Shown here piece by piece: positions 57,317 through 64,000 of a DNA stretch of 64,000 nt (position 1 is the stretch's first letter; each line of letters begins with the position of its first letter). Under the pieces are notes generated by a model. It was not told the origin of the DNA and did no database searches. It worked only from the letters and a program-made list of their open reading frames with translations. This DNA is from Eledone cirrhosa (lineage: Eukaryota), in NCBI GenBank assembly GCA_964016885.1, contig OZ024749.1, positions 42,222,001-42,286,000 of the forward strand, in the 5' to 3' direction. The position numbers and the translations under genes were made by a program.

Positions 57317-59278
57317 GAGGTGAGAGAAGAGGGGGAATTGATAGCTAGCTTTTACTCAGGGTCACAATACACGTTATAAAGGGAGGGGGGCAGCACGCCC
57401 TCACCCAAAGTGACACTATAAACACACCTTGTAAAGTGAGGAGGGAATGAGAATAGATAGCCCTCACTTAAGGTGTCACAACATAGTTAAAAAAATGGGG
57501 AGGACTGGAGTGGAGAGCTAGCCCACACTCGAACCGCCACAACATTACACACACGTTATATAGTGGAGTGGAGAGTTAGCCCTCATTCGAACTGCCACAA
57601 CATTACACACGTTATAAAGGGGAATAGTGGAGTGGAGAATTAGCCCTCACTTAGAAGAACTACAACACAATACACGTTAAAAATAGAAGACAAAACAACA
57701 AAATGTCAACAATTACGTGACACTCACCGCCACCACCACCTCTCTTGCCTTAAATGAGGTCACTACGCCTGACGTCATGGAAAAGTCTAGGTCAAAAGTT
57801 TGAGGCAAAAAACAACAACACTGCTTTGATCTGTTAGTCTCCTCTCCACCTCCACTGATCTGTTAGTGCCCACCCCATCCAACTATTAGCCACCACGACC
57901 ACCGCCTATTGCTGATTTAATAGCACCCCCCTCCAATACCCCGCCGTTTTTGTATGTCCCATCTCAAATAAAACGTGGTTTGGTCCACTAAAACCACCAA
58001 TTACAATTGGACTCCTACACTTAAAACCTATCACATGTCTTTCTATTGCGACAAGAACAAATACAAAAAAAAAAAAAAGATCTTTAGCCCCGGGCCAACT
58101 TCAATCAAGAATAGCGTCGTCATACGACTACTTTCCATGCTAGAATGGCTTGGACAGGTTTTCACAGCCAAGTGTTAGTTCTTAGAGTTACCAATCCTCA
58201 TAGATTGGTCGCAAGGACCATGTCACACTTGTATGTTCCAATTTTTGGCATGGTTTCTACAGCTGGATGCATTTCCTAACACCAACCACTTTCTAGAATG
58301 TACTGCATAGGCTGCATTTTATCATGGCACCAACACCAGGGAAGTTGTCATGTCCTCGACATGATGGTTTTCTTTCATAACATCAACCATTTTACCATGG
58401 CACGAGCACTAGAAAGGTTGTCAATGCCTTCAACAAAATTAAAAAGTCTTCTTACAAACCTACATAGTCACCATGCGATCGTCAACCACTTTACAGACTG
58501 CATTTTATCAAGGTGACTTATGACCACAGCGTTCCCAAACATCAATATCCCATCTTATTTACAAACAACCGTACCCAGGTCTATATTATCTTCTAATGTA
58601 GATAGAAGATGTATGGCATAATTCGAAGGCTGCTATTTCTAGTAGGTCGAGTTACCGCAGAGAGGCTCCATAGCCCAACTCAACTTAAAGAAAGCTAGAA
58701 ATAACAATATATGCACATATATACACGACAGTTTCAAAAAAAGAATATGAATTCAAAACAATGGGGCACAAAGGGGCGCACAGGAAAACACAACAGTCAC
58801 ATTTCCTCAGTTAACCTCTGAAAACCACTAGTTTCGGTTTGTCAAAAACATTGTAGCAGAAGCAATTCTAAAAAGATACCTAATGGCCGTGTGTAGCCAG
58901 TTTAGAATAGGTACACCGTAACCTTGTGTCGCAAGAAGCGACTAAAAGGGTTGGTGTCAGGAAGGGCATCAGACAGTAAAACATTGTCTCAAAAAAACCC
59001 ATGCAACTCATGCTAGCCTGGAAAAGTCGACATAATAACCCTGTTGCTAACCTCATCTTAGTTGATGTGACAGTTTTAATAATAATTACCCCGGGATGTG
59101 ACAAACAAGACAGGTGAGTTGTTTAATAGAGATGGTTGTCGGTTAAAGATATGATGAAGATGTTAATACGCAGTTTTATTAAAACAAGAACAAGGGAAAA
59201 ACCCAGCAACCCAGCGCTGTCTTTCTAAATAATAAATCGATCGTTCGATCAATTAGACAAACACAACAACAGCCTTAC

Positions 59279-59565
59279 TTAGTCACTGCAACCACTTTCA
59301 CATCTACCCTAACACAGACACGAACGTGGATCACCCCTTTAACACACACACTTAAGGAAATTAATCCGGCTGGTCCCTTTATCTCATAACTTTAGGGGTA
59401 TTATTGACAATAAGATCTTTGAAGAAAATTAAAATATCTCGTCTGATTCACCGTATTCATTTCGCATGCTCCGCTCATTCACACACACAACGAATATGTA
59501 TAAATTTATTTTTAAACTGTTTATTTTAAAAAAAAATACTTTCATTATTGCACACTTCCGCCTGT
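59279..59565 (-). promoter_or_regulatory. Candidate CAB39 promoter and non-coding first exon
   Basis: Minus-strand GGCGGAAGTG (ETS/GABP) at about 59553-59562; NRF1-like CGCATGC at about 59463; donor-like AA|GTAAGG at 59278. Confidence 0.35.
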
Positions 59566-60343
59566 TAATGTTTTAATTGACTCAAAACTTTCGATCTGCA
59601 TGAATAGCAAGCTAAATGTAAACACGGACATTTTTTCTTTTCCAATCATACCTTCCATCCAGTTTTATGTTGATTGATGAATAATATCAATCTGGATAAT
59701 GTCAGATTTTATACAGGAACATAATGTCATTTCTACAACTATGAATAAAATAAAATAAAATAAAATGATAACGACTGCAACAGACTAGCATCCGTTTCAG
59801 GTGTGGAGATAGTTTTATTACAAGACCGAGAAACCTCCATTGGGAGAAATATACTTCGTAGGAAGCCAGCCAAAAAACCTACAATAGGTGTGAGCTGTAA
59901 CAACAAACCCAGCTGAGATGTCTCTACATAGAAAGGCTAGGTTCGACTGAAAGAACTGACTGCCCCACCCCAAAAATCATAGAGAATGAGCAACAACAAC
60001 AAAAACACTCCTTTAAAATACTCACACAACCCCACTCTCCGTTCGTCCCGGAAATCCTCTGTAAAAACTACTAATCTAGGAAGAAGTTACATAGGAATGT
60101 CTTGTATTTACTATATACACTACGCCAGCTATAGAAAAGGAAACCATATTTATACATACATTGTGTAATGTTTTTTTTTTTTATTGGCTCATACCACCCA
60201 ATATTATATACCTTACGCTCTCACACACATATATACACACTTCTCCATTCTTTTATCAATCAGCTCTATGAATTCATCAGGTGACTCAATATTAAAACAC
60301 CATATATATAAATATAAATATATACACACACACATACATAGAC

Positions 60344-60379
<36 letters not shown>

Positions 60380-60382
<3 letters not shown>

Positions 60383-60477
60383 AGGTGTCCCCAAAAATGT
60401 ATACACTTTGATTACTTGTACAGGCAATATTTATTAGAATGGTGTTGACGTGCGTATACATTTTTTGTGACACCCTG
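60380..60477. mobile_element. Short Tc1-like MITE (smaller relative at 39738-39782)
   Basis: CAAGGTGTCCCCAAAAATGTATAC ... GTATACATTTTTTGTGACACCCTG-TA. Confidence 0.65.
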
Positions 60478-60517
60478 TATGTATGTATGTATGTATGTAT
60501 GTATGTATGTATGTATG

Positions 60518-60554
<37 letters not shown>

Positions 60555-61898
60555 CGCACATGTATATACAGTGCCCCAGCACGGCCGTAGTTTATAGACA
60601 GGAACGGATAAAAAAGATTACATGTAGGTGTGTAGGTGTGTTAGCTGGCTCACTGGTGCAGAGACGAGGTGTGAGCAACAACATACGATCCAGGTTAGTC
60701 ACGTGTATTTCTCTCCCATCATGTCTCACATGATACACGCACCATTACACCATGTTTAGGGGCTTTACATGATGGGAGAGACCACACCGGTTAGGGATTA
60801 GTTCCGGCTCTTCTCTGTGCTCTCAGTTCAAATCCCACCGAGGAAAAGAAAAGGTTGATCTCGACGGTATTAACATAAAAGAACCAGAACAAATACCGCA
60901 AAGCAATTTGTCTGACGCTCTAACGATTCTCTCAATCCCTCGCCTTTCCATTTATGTGACAATAGAACCACATCAGTTTTTTTTAGGGGAGGTTACATAC
61001 TACAATTACATTACATCCTTCAGCATACCTACAACTAGGGAGTAAATTGGGAAAGAGAGAAGAGAGTAGATGTATAAACCCCTTGTGTCTTTAATAGCAA
61101 CACAAATGGGGAGTGTTAAGCGAAACAGCTTCTAACGTGTGGTACCTAGACCTGCTAAAAATAACAGCTATGACGTACATTACTATAATTCTAAGGAAGA
61201 TGTAGAAACAAGAGCCCTTATGTCTCAATAGCACCACTCAAATGGTGAGAGCAAAACAACCTCATAGTCCCTCAACCTGCTAAAAATAAACCATACACCA
61301 GTTATTTTAAACCCTTTTCGTCACCATATTTATCGTGGAAGAAACTGTATGATTTTGCAAATCGTTTTTGAGGTAATCAAAAATTTTGTTAGATTTACTA
61401 AATATAAGTTTCTCATTATTACTGTGGTGTTTTCTTACATAAAACCATAACACTTTTGGTTGCCACCAGAAGAGTTAATGGCATATTAAATAACATAGTT
61501 CTAGATATATTATGTAAAATAAATAAATAAATGGTTTTGTCAAGGCTGGGGCGCCTCTAATTATTTTGGCCTGCTAAATCAAGACCTGGAACTAATCAAC
61601 AACAAAACACAGCGACAGCAGATAGAATCATTCAAGCTCAGACTGACAAAAACAGTCAAATCAAAAATGAAAATACGAATAAATATTACAGCTTACACCT
61701 GTGTAGGTTTAGCTAGGGTCACCCTAGTCGTATTATAGTAACGTGAAATAAAGAAGTCTTGCTCAAGAACACAATACGACCCTATGTCGAGTACATATAC
61801 TACTTTTACTAGGCCGCATACCTTCATCAAATATAGCAATAATAACGCAAGATTTTACAGGGAAGAAAGAAACAAAACATAATAATGATTTGTGATTT

Positions 61899-62024
61899 AG
61901 GCACAAGGCCAGCAATTTGAAGAGAAGGGGAAAATCGATTAAATCGACCCTAGTGCATTACTGGTGCTTTATTTTATCGATCCCCATAATGAAAGGCAAA
62001 GCTAACCTCGACAGGATTTGAACT
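61899..62024 (-). mobile_element. Deu/Nin-domain SINE copy (5' truncated)
   Basis: Reverse complement of the tail, core and B-box. Confidence 0.8.
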
Positions 62025-63668
62025 AAATGAAAAGTAAAATAAACGCAGTGATACAGACGGTCTCGACTGAGAATCGAAACCGCGTAGAGGAGGTCAAGTT
62101 CCCAGTGCCCACCACAAATACGCCACTGACCGCTTCCACACGGGTTGCCTTAATAGGGAATCGAAACCAGCACAGCATTTTCAACGACAGCTGCCACACT
62201 GGTCGCCTTAACAAGGAATCGAAACCAGCACATTGTCACCGACCGCTTTACAACCGACGAAATTTCCCATACAGCCATAGCCGGGAGATAAAGTCAGCAG
62301 AACAGGAGGAAAAGAAGGGAACAGTTTCTTTTTCAGCTGGGTCCTTCTTGCAAGACAGTCAACTTAGTTCACGGTTCAATGGCGACTGTGATACATATAC
62401 ATATATACATATATAACATTCACAGCGAGACTTAAAATAGGTTTATTACACATAAACATATCGTATATGCCTCCATAACTCAAGTATAGGACCGAGGACT
62501 GAGAAATGTGAGCAAGGAAGACATTTTAAATATGTTTAAAACACATCAAACGTGAAATAGACATGTCATTCAAATTAATTTTAAAAATCGGCAACATTTA
62601 TTAAACCTGGTCCCGCAAAATGAGATCTTCAGTCAGCAAAACAACTATACACGTCCGAACCCTATGTGACTCTTTGGTTGGATGCCCCCACCACATGCCC
62701 CGATATGGAAACCCGGGGCCGTCGCACCCTCTATCTCTTTGCACGCTAATGCTTCAAATACACCGCTATTATAATATATATACCACACACAAATTCAAAA
62801 TATAAAAGAGTTGAACGTGTCGAAACGATATGAATAAAATATGTTAGCTATATAATAACACACACACACATTATATATATATATATATATACTTTCAACA
62901 TATACAAATATGTGTGAACACAAAACATACAGATGTATGTGTGTGTATATGTTATTCAAGATGGCAGGAGACAGAGAAAGAGAAAGAAACTAAGGACGAA
63001 AGCGAGTTTAGAACCCTTATAACAACACATTTCATTTTAAATCGACCAATTGATGATGATGATGGAGGCTACTACTACTACTACTACTACTACTAATATT
63101 ACATATAAAACTGAAGGTGGTATAAGAAACTAAACAGGGAGAGAGAAGGAGGAATTGTGTGAAGAGAAGAAAGCGTCCGAAGCAGGGTAAAAGGGACAAC
63201 GATGTGTGTGTAGCTGTATGTATGTGCCGTGTATGCAGATGTATGTGTTGTGCTGTGTGTATATGGTATGTATGGCAGTGTAGGTGTGTATATATGTATG
63301 TTCAGTGTATATGTATGCTGTGATGGATAGATTAGACGTAGAGGAATTTATGGAAGGAAGTCATCGATACAGACTACTTCCTTCACCATTGATATGGAGG
63401 TGAGAGAGAGAGAGAGAGAGAGAGAGAGTGAGAGAGACATAGAGGTGAAGGGGAAAGAGAAAGATTATATATATAGACAGAGAGAAAGAAAGAGATGTCA
63501 TTGTGAATCAACGGTGATAGAGAGAGAGAATCTAATGGATAGAAAAGGTGGGAGATGGTAATATATAGACACAGATAAAGAGCAAATAACTATATATATA
63601 CACACACACACATATATATATTGCTTTCTGTCTTTCTCTCTCCCTGCCCTTATATACAGTGAGATAGT

Positions 63669-63732
<64 letters not shown>

Positions 63733-64000
63733 AGAAAGAGAGAGAGCAATGTCGTTATTTAAAGATAGTACAGTCATTGATTGACAATGATAAGAAATAA
63801 AACAAAAAAGGAGAGAAAGAGAGAGGGGGGAAGGAATGTCAGTAGTTATCAAGTGATAATAATAAAAATAATACAATGAGAGAGAAGTCGTTGCCCAGCA
63901 GAGGGAGAGAGAGAGAAAGGGAGAGATTATTTGACAACATAGACAAGGGGAAGTTGGTTAGATTTTTTTTTAATCATCGTCAAATACTATATAAGAAGAC

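Noticed and set aside
60235-60295. Minus-strand CTGATGA...GAAA between microsatellites (also CTGATGA near 16695, 50719 and 57192)
   Set aside because: No convincing stems I-III or correctly placed GAAA and NUH triplet
62027-62416. 129-aa ORF
   Set aside because: Starts at a SINE edge, spans short GAATCGAAACC repeats and ends in a TA repeat; no recognisable homology

Overview
This is AT-rich, microsatellite-dense animal genomic DNA. The repeat families suggest a coleoid cephalopod such as Octopus (inference). There is a 200-N scaffold gap at 3378-3577. Two spliced protein-coding genes were reconstructed by hand with GT-AG introns and consistent phases. TUBGCP3 (gamma-tubulin complex component 3) is on the + strand with 26 coding exons at 18449-38788 (2706 nt, 901 aa). 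CAB39/MO25 is on the - strand with 7 coding exons at 49571-44161 (1020 nt, 339 aa). The two genes are convergent. The rest is mostly repeats: tRNA-derived Deu/Nin-domain SINEs, a second SINE-like family, RTE-LINE 3' fragments, TTAA piggyBac-type and TA mariner-type MITEs, minisatellites and a 2.8-kb GGT/GTT triplet array. The most interesting unexplained signal is a set of short elements embedded in (TA)n microsatellites. They carry type I hammerhead ribozyme cores (best copy 19312-19384, - strand), a shared downstream motif CTCT-n-GTATTGAGTAC and fold-back architecture. They look like Penelope-like pseudo-LTR or retrozyme remnants. Nearly all long ORFs in the supplied track are microsatellite artefacts.
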